DNA of 64,000 nt, from positions 1,286-65,285 of the forward strand of contig JACRAL010000004.1 of the NCBI GenBank assembly GCA_016213435.1. Direction: 5' to 3'. Positions 29,136 to 38,053 of the stretch are shown here, in pieces. The stretch comes from Bacteroidota bacterium. Its GTDB lineage: Bacteria > Bacteroidota > Bacteroidia > Palsa-948. Numbering within the stretch: position 1 is the stretch's first letter; every line of letters begins with the position of its first letter. Below the pieces are notes generated by a model. It made no database searches, was not told where the DNA came from, and saw nothing but the letters and a program-made list of their open reading frames with translations. A program made the position numbers and the translations under genes.

Positions 29136-30998
29136 TCATTCCTTTCCCCGAATAATTTCGAATCTCAGATTATCTATAAAAATTTCTTTTTGAGTATTGT
29201 TATTCCAAACGTATGTCTCAAAAATATCTCTCCAGTCCCGTATCGTATCTAAAGGAAGAGTAACTGCGATGGTGCTCCACTTTCTGGGATCGGGATACAC
29301 AGAGTTCATATTGATTGCACGGAAAAAATAAACCCCGGTATCGCTTTTCAGTAAGATTACAAGCATGTGGGTTTCATTGGCAGAAATGTTTTCGGGTAAG
29401 AAAAACTGTACAGACGCAATCGCCTCTCTGGCATTGCCGCGTAAGATATCCGAAGCCTGCATGGAAATGGCAGGTGAAAATGCTTTCTGATCCTTTAATA
29501 CATAAGAGTGTTTGCTGCCTCTTGCTGCTATTGTAGAATAATAAATGCTGTCATTGTTATAGGGAACATTTTCGAAATCGTATTCTTGCGTGATATCATA
29601 AATATTTTTTTTGTCTTCATAAAATTCACTCAGGCCATTTTTAGCTCTTTCAGTATTGGGGATTTGCAAACTATTCCACCATTCACCGGGTACTTCGGTT
29701 TTTAAAAAACTAATCCAATACGACTTTTTAGTCATGCTGTCAAAATGCAGTCCTACGTGTTCAAATTGAAATTCCTGAAAAATATTTAGTGCAATAAGAA
29801 GAAAAGAAATTATGATAATGGGTATTTTAAAAAGAAGTTTTTTTCTCAGAAAAAAATCATAGAAAGCAGCCATTGGAATTGCCAGCGCGCCATATAATTC
29901 AACATAAGCCCTCAATCCAAATCCCCCAAACCACCAGCACCACCAGCTATGGATTATATAAACCATGAAAGCAAAGAACAGCAGAATAGATAATTTCATG
30001 TCCTTTACTTTTTCTTTCATAAAGAAAAATCCGGCCAGTGCAAAAATCATAATCGGAGTATAAAGCAGCCAACCGTTACGGTAACCAAACCATCCTTGTA
30101 TAATATGAGGGTTTTCGAAGAAAAAACTTTCTCCGGTATATGAAAAGTAGAACCAGTTTCCGGTGATGTATTTCCAGTAAATCAATTGCGGAATTCCGGG
30201 AAGCAAGAAAAAAATAATTACAATTAAAAGTTGCCATTTATTAATTAAAAGGAATTGAAGTTTTTCTCTGTATAATTTCAAGTTCCTTATTCCATATAAT
30301 AATGGAATCAAAATACAGATAATCATTGTCGGTTTCATCAAGGTAAGCAACCCACCGGTGAGACCTAAAAGAATAGACATTTTAAAATCTGGTTTTTGAT
30401 GCCATGTGTCAATTGCGAATAGATAAACACACAACACAGCAAAAAGATACGCATGCGCCATCAGCGCTCCTCCAGTTGAATAATATAAAAGATTAGTGCC
30501 GAAAAAAACTGAAAGAATGGTTAAAGCAATAACTGCATCTGAAAAATAGAGGAGTAAAAGTTTACGCAAAAAAATAAATCCAAGGATCACGTAAAATAAA
30601 GTTCCGATTTGCAGAAATAACTGATAGGGGAAAGAATATCCATCCTGAGGTTCGCCCGAAATGCCTGCGTAAATATGCCCAAGAAAAAAGAAGGGAGCAT
30701 ACAAATAACTTACGCCCATGGTGGTTTTAATCACTCTGCCTCCGTTGGGAGCATGTTCGGGCCAATATTTAAAAGCAAAAAATCCGGGATCCTTATCTGG
30801 AAAATGTAAAGTAATATCATGATAAATGAATACTGCAGGCAAATAGCCATAAAAAGAAACAACATCCCATACAATAGGATTTTTTTTAGCCCTGTCATAA
30901 TTGTAAAAAGAAAAAACCCAATAAAAAACAATAAGTAAAAGACAAATTTTACTTAGAATATTCTTTTGAAATGTTTTTAAAAACAAGAAACGTTGCAT
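29136..30998 (-). CDS. GT-C-like membrane protein with a C-terminal soluble domain
   Basis: WDVVSFYGYLP, TMG, DGYS.PYQ, GYRNGW.LYTP and WWFGGFGLR motifs; C-terminal YVWN...IFIDN. Paralogue of 27262 and 34521. Confidence 0.75.
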   Translation of the reverse strand: MQRFLFLKTFQKNILSKICLLLIVFYWVFSFYNYDRAKKNPIVWDVVSFYGYLPAVFIYHDITLHFPDKDPGFFAFKYWPEHAPNGGRVIKTTMGVSYLYAPFFFLGHIYAGISGEPQDGYSFPYQLFLQIGTLFYVILGFIFLRKLLLLYFSDAVIALTILSVFFGTNLLYYSTGGALMAHAYLFAVLCVYLFAIDTWHQKPDFKMSILLGLTGGLLTLMKPTMIICILIPLLYGIRNLKLYREKLQFLLINKWQLLIVIIFFLLPGIPQLIYWKYITGNWFYFSYTGESFFFENPHIIQGWFGYRNGWLLYTPIMIFALAGFFFMKEKVKDMKLSILLFFAFMVYIIHSWWCWWFGGFGLRAYVELYGALAIPMAAFYDFFLRKKLLFKIPIIIISFLLIALNIFQEFQFEHVGLHFDSMTKKSYWISFLKTEVPGEWWNSLQIPNTERAKNGLSEFYEDKKNIYDITQEYDFENVPYNNDSIYYSTIAARGSKHSYVLKDQKAFSPAISMQASDILRGNAREAIASVQFFLPENISANETHMLVILLKSDTGVYFFRAINMNSVYPDPRKWSTIAVTLPLDTIRDWRDIFETYVWNNNTQKEIFIDNLRFEIIRGKE

Positions 30999-31044
30999 AT
31001 GGATCTTGAAAAGGTTTATTTGGTTTAAGTTTTTCTTTTAGAAT

Positions 31045-33012
31045 TTATTTCAATCCTAAATATTTCAATTGTAAATCGTCTACATAAAAATTTCTTCTGC
31101 CTTTATTCCAAAAGTAAAAATTAAGTATAAAGTCTTCGTTTAATTCGTTAGGAAATAAAATGCGTTTTATTTCACAGGCATTCCATGTATTGTCATTCAT
31201 TTTCCCATTGATCTTTTCTCCATGCCAGAAAATGGTTTTGTTGCCGTTCTTTATTTCAATTACAGGGATTATCTCTTTTGTGGAATCACTAGAAAAGAAT
31301 TTAAAATTAATTTGAATCATCCTCAAAGATGAAAAGTTTTTGATTTCATTTATTTTTTTTGAAAACATAGGCCCGAATTCTTTTTCTGTTGTATATTTTA
31401 AGGACATTTCACCTGAAACACATTTTTCATTTGTTAACAAAGATGTGTCAACCGGCTTATTAGAATCAAAATTAAAAGTTTCCGAATCTATTTCTCGGAG
31501 ATTATCAATCGGACCAAAATCTGTTATCAATTCAGGAGCGATTGAATCATGCGTGGAAGTATCGTGATTTTTATTTTTCATAAAAATCCAGGATTCAAAT
31601 GCGGGAAAATCAAGATAATATTTATAATATTTCAACGGAATAAAGTTTGTATCCTTTTTCAATAAATCGAGCGGTAAATTTCCTTCTTGTGGTGCGTAAT
31701 GTGAATCCCACACTATCAGCGTGCTGTCAGGCAGCAAGTTAAGAGAGTCTTTATCTAATGACCAAAGCAGTGTCGATTTTTTATTGTCGAATGGATCAAT
31801 ATCTGAAACAACAGCAAGAAATGGATGCAAGTAACAGACTCTGTTAACCTTTGAAAATGTTTTGTTGATCCATCCACCGGCTTCTTTTATCACAACTTGT
31901 TCTGAATTCAAATGAAAAGGATAATATGATTGTTGAAAAGGAGTTTGAATTATAAACCACAATATTATTGCAACAGACATTATCTTCAGATAGCGATAGT
32001 GTTTAAATAGGAAAAAGAAAATTAAGTTAATGCCCATTAAGGAAATTAATGAAGCGGAGGGAATAAGTGTTGTCATATATCGCAACATTCCGAGATTCGT
32101 AAAAATATCAGGCATCCAGTAAAGCAATGAATGCAGCAAAAGGCAATCGAAAAAACTGCCAAAAATTAAAAATAATATTTCGGGAAGAAAATCAGTTTTT
32201 GATTTCTTAGATAGAAAAGAAAATATGAAATAAATGCTGGTACAAATTCCAAGTATTAACAAAGCGGAATAAACAGTTCCCCAGATTTCATCATAATGTT
32301 TTACAAAATGCAAAAACTCTCCTTTTTGGCCTTCATACCCTACTTCGGTGATAGAATAATTTTGAGTGATCACCCAAAATAAATCATGGTAATAAAAATA
32401 TCCGATTACAGAATAAGAAATGAAAGCAAAAAATAAAAAAGGGATAGAAAAAAATTGTTTTCTTATAAGTAAAACAAGTGCAATTAAAGGGAGAACTACG
32501 TATGCTTCGGGTCTGACAAATGGAATGAAGGAAGCAGCAATTGCTCCCCAAAGGAATTTATTTTGAAAAATAAGCCATACTGAAAACATGAAAAGGAAAC
32601 CGAAAAATATTTCCGTAAGGCCGGAATTGATTAATGCAAAATAAATAGGAGAGAAAAATATATATGCCGGAATTGACCAAGCAAAATCAAGATTTATTTT
32701 CTGAGCAATCTTATAGCAAAAAAAAGATGTGCCGGCTGCACACAGCGCTTGAAATACAATTGCTCCGTTCATTCCGAATTGCATAAAAGGCGAACTCACC
32801 AATGTAAAGAATGGCTTTCCCCACATATCTAAAAAAAGCCGCGGATGTTTCCATGAATAATGCGCAATAAGATAATGCTGAATGCCATCGCCTGTATCAA
32901 AAGTGGCGTTAGCGGAAATGTTTATGCAAACAACAGTAATAAAAGAAATGAAAAGAAGCGAATAGAAAAATATTCTTTCAGTTTTATAATTCAATGAAGG
33001 AACTGTATTCAC
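31045..33012 (-). CDS. GT-C-like membrane protein with a C-terminal soluble domain
   Basis: D.GD...HY..A, WGKP, SGLTE, VRPEA and G.LRY motifs; C-terminal YFWNKG...FYVDD. Confidence 0.72.
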   Translation of the reverse strand: MNTVPSLNYKTERIFFYSLLFISFITVVCINISANATFDTGDGIQHYLIAHYSWKHPRLFLDMWGKPFFTLVSSPFMQFGMNGAIVFQALCAAGTSFFCYKIAQKINLDFAWSIPAYIFFSPIYFALINSGLTEIFFGFLFMFSVWLIFQNKFLWGAIAASFIPFVRPEAYVVLPLIALVLLIRKQFFSIPFLFFAFISYSVIGYFYYHDLFWVITQNYSITEVGYEGQKGEFLHFVKHYDEIWGTVYSALLILGICTSIYFIFSFLSKKSKTDFLPEILFLIFGSFFDCLLLHSLLYWMPDIFTNLGMLRYMTTLIPSASLISLMGINLIFFFLFKHYRYLKIMSVAIILWFIIQTPFQQSYYPFHLNSEQVVIKEAGGWINKTFSKVNRVCYLHPFLAVVSDIDPFDNKKSTLLWSLDKDSLNLLPDSTLIVWDSHYAPQEGNLPLDLLKKDTNFIPLKYYKYYLDFPAFESWIFMKNKNHDTSTHDSIAPELITDFGPIDNLREIDSETFNFDSNKPVDTSLLTNEKCVSGEMSLKYTTEKEFGPMFSKKINEIKNFSSLRMIQINFKFFSSDSTKEIIPVIEIKNGNKTIFWHGEKINGKMNDNTWNACEIKRILFPNELNEDFILNFYFWNKGRRNFYVDDLQLKYLGLK

Positions 33013-33117
33013 TTGATCGTATAAGTATTAATTTTTTAAATGCTATTTATGAAACTATAATGCAAGCCGAATCCAAACAATTCTTTTGTCTTGACATCAC
33101 TATTAAAATCTAAGAAG

Positions 33118-33171
33118 TCCGTATTTAAGGATGGTTTTAAGAATTCTTAATCCATCTGAATTTCTTAATTT
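33118..33171 (-). repeat. 54-bp direct repeat of the GT2 3' end (partner at 33549-33602)
   Basis: 53/54 identity by manual alignment. It continues to an alternative C-terminus GLLRF* at about 33103. Confidence 0.9.
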
Positions 33172-33252
33172 TAGTAAATCTATATCCTAAATTATGAAAC
33201 TTTCGTTATGAGCAAATAAAAATATATTAGACTTCTTCGGGAAATAGGGGTT

Positions 33253-33471
33253 TTGAAAAATCAAACAGATGGTTATCAGCAAGATAGTTTGAATTTCCGA
33301 AAATGTCTATTCTTCTTTCTCAGCGGATGGATTTCAGCCCTCTCTACTACAGAGGCGACTACCACTATTTCTGGATTGGAAAGCGGAAAGCGTTACTGGT
33401 TTCGCCACCGTTCCATTCTGCCTGGAAGCCCTGCTCCTTATGATGGTCCAATAGACCTCATTGTGCAGTAG
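33253..33471 (+). pseudogene. Fragment encoding the C-terminus of a fibronectin-III-like domain
   Basis: TTTISGLESGKRYWFRHRSI...YDGPIDLIVQ* (FN3 L..G..Y.FR motif). No plausible N-terminus; lies between the 54-bp repeats. Confidence 0.55.
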
Positions 33472-33497
33472 TGTGTTGTTTGCCAGAAGGTAAACAG

Positions 33498-33530
33498 AAA
33501 GGCGGGAGTGGTTTACCCGCCTTTTATTTT
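33498..33530. terminator. Bidirectional intrinsic terminator
   Basis: AAAGGCGGG-loop-CCCGCCTTTTATTTT between convergent ORFs. Confidence 0.7.
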
Positions 33531-34244
33531 TTAGTTCATCTTCAATAATCCGTATTTCAGGATGGTTTTAAGAATTCTTAATCCATCTGAATTTCTTAAT
33601 TTCTTGCCTTCGCCTTCGTTTCTTGGGAAATATCTTACCGGTACTTCGGCTATCCAGGTTTTTCGCAGGCGTCCGCATTTGATAATCAGTTCTGCTTCAA
33701 ACCCGAAACGGGATTCTTTCAGGTTTAATTTTTCAAACAGATCTTTTCGGAATAATTTATATCCGCAAGCCATGTCTGTAAGATGCACATTAATGAAAAG
33801 AGATGTTAGCAGCGTAAATAATTTATTTGCAAAATATCTTCTGAAAGCCGTCTGTGGCCGTAACACGCCCGGTAAATACCGGGACCCATTTATAAAAGGA
33901 ACTTTCAATTCGTACATAGCGTTCAGCATCGAGGGAATATCTGCAGGCGAGAGTTCCATATCTGCATCCTGTATGAGAATAATATCACCCGCAGCTTGTT
34001 TAATGCCGGTCTTTACTGCAAATCCCTTTCCATTGTTTGAGGACTGGCGCAACAATTGTATGTTGGATTTCTCTTTACAATATTCCTGTACCAAGGAATA
34101 CGACCGATCGGTTGATTGATCGTCAACAATAATGATTTCTGTTTTTTCTATAAATGCAGGAAATTTTACCAACAGTAATTCATCAAGCAACGCGCAAATA
34201 AAAGTTTCTTCGTTATACAGAGGGATGATGATGCTTAGATACAT
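33531..34244 (-). CDS. GT2 glycosyltransferase (polyprenol-phosphate/DPM1-like)
   Basis: IIPLYNEE, DDQSTD, GKG, QDADMEL, GSRY, DMACGYK and FGFEAE motifs. Confidence 0.92.
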   Translation of the reverse strand: MYLSIIIPLYNEETFICALLDELLLVKFPAFIEKTEIIIVDDQSTDRSYSLVQEYCKEKSNIQLLRQSSNNGKGFAVKTGIKQAAGDIILIQDADMELSPADIPSMLNAMYELKVPFINGSRYLPGVLRPQTAFRRYFANKLFTLLTSLFINVHLTDMACGYKLFRKDLFEKLNLKESRFGFEAELIIKCGRLRKTWIAEVPVRYFPRNEGEGKKLRNSDGLRILKTILKYGLLKMN

Positions 34245-34325
34245 AGCAAAAATATTCGGCAGATTATTGGGAACAGCATACGAAGGTAAAAAATTAGTCG
34301 CTGTTTAGTTTTCCTAAATTCTTCT

Positions 34326-34492
34326 GAGTGTACGACACTCTTTTTCGAGTGCAGATGCTTGTATTAACTCTCCCCCTTGAAAAGGGGGAGTCCGGCAGGA
34401 GAGGGGGATTGAGTTTAACCACCCCTAACCCCTCCTTTGAAAGGAGGGGAGCTAACAGCCAAATATCCAAGCCAATTAAAATGTCGTGCACT
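34326..34492. mobile_element. MITE-like 167-bp element carrying two G/C hairpins
   Basis: Imperfect terminal inverted repeats AGTGTACGACA (34327-37) and TGTCGTGCACT (34482-92). Flanking 9-bp direct repeats AATTCTTCT at 34317-25 and 34493-501. Hairpins at 34370-34410 and 34417-34451. Confidence 0.65.
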
Positions 34493-34520
34493 AATTCTTC
34501 TCTAAAGAGGTTTGTCAACA

Positions 34521-36380
34521 TTAAAAAATGGATGGATCAAATTTTGGCTCAAATACTTCCACTTGTAAGTCATCAACGAAAATTTTTCCTTTGCCGTTAT
34601 TCCAAATATACACACTCAAAGGATCATTTTTACTTCGGACTGCCATAGGCGTGAGGTAGTCAAAAGTTATCCGGTTCCATTTGTTTATTTCAAGATTTAA
34701 TTGATCGGTTCCGGTTCCTTTGTACTTATATGATTTTCCCTGATGGGTGAAAGTGGTTACAATACAAGCAGGATATTTTTTTGTATCCGAAACAGGATAG
34801 ACCCAAACGCTCACTCTTATCCATGCATGGTATTTATCTGTTATTTCAGAATATTTTTTCTCAATAGCAGGACCAAATTCTGTAATGCTGTCGAAAACGT
34901 AAGAACTTTTGCCGGAATGAAAAATTTCTGTGTTTAATTTTTCTTTAGGCATTCCTTCGCTTTCTTCAAATCCGAGTTCCCATGTATGTGTTTTTGTGTA
35001 ATCAGATTCATTCGTAAAATTTTCAATGCCGTTTGTTGGCCAATCCATATAAAGCAATTTTTCGTTATTGGGCGAGGCAGTGGTTTTCCCGAAAGTTGCC
35101 AGCCAGTATTTCCCGCTTGCCCTTGATGAAACTAAAATACCGTTTGCTGTTTGCCAGGATTGAAATAAATTCAGTGCAACAAGAAATAAAACAATACCAA
35201 ACATGGAATATTTTAAAATGTTTCTTTTTGTGTTTATCTCCACAAAGAGATAGCCCATTGGAACAGAGAGTAAAATATAGGATGCAATGATCCCACGTTG
35301 ACTGAAACAGTTTCCGTACCACCATACCGTCCAACTGGATACGATCCATAGGTTTATGAAAGTATATGCTATGACAGGCATAAAAATCTTTTTATTTCTT
35401 TTATATAAAAAGAATAGTCCGGCAAAAGCAAAAAGGATAACAGGAGTGTAGATGAACCATCCGTTGCGGAAACTGAAAAGAAAATTAAATGTGTGCGGAG
35501 GAAACAAGTCCATTCCTTCGCCAGGGTTATAATAACTGTCGTACCAGAAACTTCCCGAATAGATTTTCCAGTAGCTTAGTTGAATAAAGCAGATCGCAAT
35601 AAATATGCATGCAAAAAAAGTAACATGCATTCCTTTTTCTTTTAGCAACTGTAATTTTTCTTTTAATGTTTGTTTGTCATAAACGCCCCACAAAGCTGGA
35701 ATGAGAAGGGAAATTATTTCCGGTGGGCGGACGATTGTTGCTAATCCGCATGAGATCGCAAGCATGATAGCATGTTTCATTTTATGTGTTTCATGCCATT
35801 TTATGGTGAACCATAAAATAAATGTATAAAGCGTGAACAGAAAATTATGCGTCATGGCGCCTTGCCCATGAATAGAAGAATGAAGCGTATAATTTGTTCC
35901 GAGAACAATGATTACAAGCAGCAGGGATGTGATTTTATCTTCGAAGAAATTTAATAAGACTTTTCGCAGCATGATTATCCCGATGAAAGAATAGATCATA
36001 CATCCGCTCCATATGGCGTATTGATAAGGTTCCGAAAACCCATCTGCAGGAAATCCTGTTATTAAGGCAATCAGATATCCGATAAAAAAGAAAGGAGCAT
36101 AAAGTATGGATAGTCCTATTCCGTAACGCATGATGAAATTACCTGTTGGCGCCATGTTTGCCTGGTAAAAGGTGCCCGTGTTGTGGTATTTGGCAATGAT
36201 ACTGTCCACTACTGAAAAATCTTTTAGCCCCAGATCATGATAGATGAATGTCATCGGCAGGTACAAATAATATCCGAACACATCCCAGCTTAGAATGTTG
36301 ATTGGAAAATGAGTCAGCCCGATGAATAAGAGAGCTGCACAGAGCAGGAAGATGATTATTCTGGATGAAAAAGGAAGCAT
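34521..36380 (-). CDS. GT-C-like membrane protein with a C-terminal soluble domain
   Basis: WDVFGYYLYLP, DGFS.PYQ, VRP, FSFRNGW.IYTP and WWY.NCFSQR motifs; C-terminal YIWN.GK..IFVDD. Confidence 0.75.
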   Translation of the reverse strand: MLPFSSRIIIFLLCAALLFIGLTHFPINILSWDVFGYYLYLPMTFIYHDLGLKDFSVVDSIIAKYHNTGTFYQANMAPTGNFIMRYGIGLSILYAPFFFIGYLIALITGFPADGFSEPYQYAIWSGCMIYSFIGIIMLRKVLLNFFEDKITSLLLVIIVLGTNYTLHSSIHGQGAMTHNFLFTLYTFILWFTIKWHETHKMKHAIMLAISCGLATIVRPPEIISLLIPALWGVYDKQTLKEKLQLLKEKGMHVTFFACIFIAICFIQLSYWKIYSGSFWYDSYYNPGEGMDLFPPHTFNFLFSFRNGWFIYTPVILFAFAGLFFLYKRNKKIFMPVIAYTFINLWIVSSWTVWWYGNCFSQRGIIASYILLSVPMGYLFVEINTKRNILKYSMFGIVLFLVALNLFQSWQTANGILVSSRASGKYWLATFGKTTASPNNEKLLYMDWPTNGIENFTNESDYTKTHTWELGFEESEGMPKEKLNTEIFHSGKSSYVFDSITEFGPAIEKKYSEITDKYHAWIRVSVWVYPVSDTKKYPACIVTTFTHQGKSYKYKGTGTDQLNLEINKWNRITFDYLTPMAVRSKNDPLSVYIWNNGKGKIFVDDLQVEVFEPKFDPSIF

Positions 36381-36418
36381 TTTTTTATGGCATTAACTTG
36401 AATAGGTATTTTTTCTGT

Positions 36419-37942
36419 TTATAGTGGAATATTCCCATGCTTCTTCTTCGGCAGTTTATCCACCTTGTTTTCCAGCATTTTGAAAGCAGAAATTAATTTC
36501 GCACGCGTGTCCGAAGGTTGTATCACTTCATCTACATATCCTCTCTCAGCAGCTCGGTAGGGATTTGCAAAATGCTCAATGTATTCCTCTTCTTTCTTCT
36601 TGAGGTCTTTTTCGCCTTTAAAAATAATTTCTACTGCACCTTTGGCTCCCATCACCGCAATTTCAGCGCTGGGCCAGGCATAATTCATATCTGCACCAAT
36701 ATGCTTGGAATTCATCACATCATAAGCACCGCCATACGCTTTGCGTGTGATCACTGTAACTCTCGGCACAGTTGCTTCGCAGAAAGCATATAAAAGTTTT
36801 GCTCCGTTGGAAATGATGGCATTCCATTCCTGATCGGTGCCGGGTAAAAATCCCGGAACATCTTCAAAAACCAAAAGTGGAATGTTGAACGAATCACAGA
36901 AACGTACAAAACGTGCTGCTTTTTGGGAAGAGTGGATATCTAAAACTCCTGCAAGGAAAGCCGGCTGGTTTGCCACAATGCCGATGCTTTTTTCTGCCAA
37001 ACGTGCGAAGCCAACCACGATATTTTCCGCAAAGTTTTTGTGCACTTCAAAAAAAGAACTTGCATCCACTGTTCCATTGATCACATCGCGCATGTCGTAG
37101 GGCTGGTTGGGATTTTCGGGAATAATGGAATTGAGTTCTAGACGTACTTCATCCCCAGCCCGGGGAGCATAAGGAATTGCCGGAACTTCGTCTTCGCAAT
37201 TCTGGGGTATATAACTCAATAATTTTTTGATGTAATTGATACATTCGATTTCATTCGCACAGGAAAAATGTGTTACTCCCGATTTTGTGGAATGCGTGGA
37301 TGCACCTCCTAATTCTTCAGAAGTAACTTCTTCGTGTGTAACTGTTTTTACTACGTTTGGCCCGGTGACAAACATATAAGAAGTGTTTTCCACCATCAAA
37401 ATAAAATCGGTAATTGCAGGAGAATAAACCGCTCCGCCTGCGCAAGGTCCCATCACGGCAGATATCTGCGGAATAACTCCGGAGGCACGTGTATTACGAT
37501 AAAAAATATCGGCATATCCTCCGAGCGAAACAACTCCTTCCTGAATACGTGCACCGCCACTGTCATTCAATCCAATTATAGGCGCACCATTATTCATTGC
37601 CAGGTCCATCACTCTGCATATTTTTTCTGCATGTACCTCGGAAAGCGAACCCCCAAACACTGTAAAATCTTGTGCGAAAACATACACCAATCTTCCGTGT
37701 ACCGTTCCGTATCCTGTGACTACGCCATCACCAAGGTATTTTTCTTTCTCCAAACCAAATTCTACCGAACGGTGCGTAACAAACATTCCTATCTCTTCAA
37801 AACTTCCTTCGTCCAGCAGAAAATGAATGCGTTCGCGCGCAGTAAGTTTTCCTTTCTTGTGCTGGCTTTCAATTCTTTTTTCGCCACCGCCAAGATGGGC
37901 TTCTTTAATTTTTTCTTCGAGTTCTTTGAGTTTCTTTTTCAC
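36419..37942 (-). CDS. pccB: Acyl-CoA (propionyl-CoA) carboxylase beta subunit
   Basis: [46 protein letters not shown] and KKHGNIPL motifs. Confidence 0.95.
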   Translation of the reverse strand: MKKKLKELEEKIKEAHLGGGEKRIESQHKKGKLTARERIHFLLDEGSFEEIGMFVTHRSVEFGLEKEKYLGDGVVTGYGTVHGRLVYVFAQDFTVFGGSLSEVHAEKICRVMDLAMNNGAPIIGLNDSGGARIQEGVVSLGGYADIFYRNTRASGVIPQISAVMGPCAGGAVYSPAITDFILMVENTSYMFVTGPNVVKTVTHEEVTSEELGGASTHSTKSGVTHFSCANEIECINYIKKLLSYIPQNCEDEVPAIPYAPRAGDEVRLELNSIIPENPNQPYDMRDVINGTVDASSFFEVHKNFAENIVVGFARLAEKSIGIVANQPAFLAGVLDIHSSQKAARFVRFCDSFNIPLLVFEDVPGFLPGTDQEWNAIISNGAKLLYAFCEATVPRVTVITRKAYGGAYDVMNSKHIGADMNYAWPSAEIAVMGAKGAVEIIFKGEKDLKKKEEEYIEHFANPYRAAERGYVDEVIQPSDTRAKLISAFKMLENKVDKLPKKKHGNIPL

Positions 37943-38053
37943 AGGAGAAGTATTAAACAGGAAACAAACCTACAAAAATAATCGGTGGATAACTCAACCT
38001 TCTCAGATCAGTCGCCACTCCCGAGATATTCTGTTATCTTCGCGCTCCTTTTT

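Noticed and set aside
34294-34648. Two short ORFs (75 and 106 aa)
   Set aside because: They read through the MITE-like element and hairpins and are not plausible proteins.
37152-37166. TCCCC-AGCCC-GGGGA mini-hairpin in pccB
   Set aside because: Arms of 5 bp are expected by chance, and an insertion cannot be shown without orthologues.
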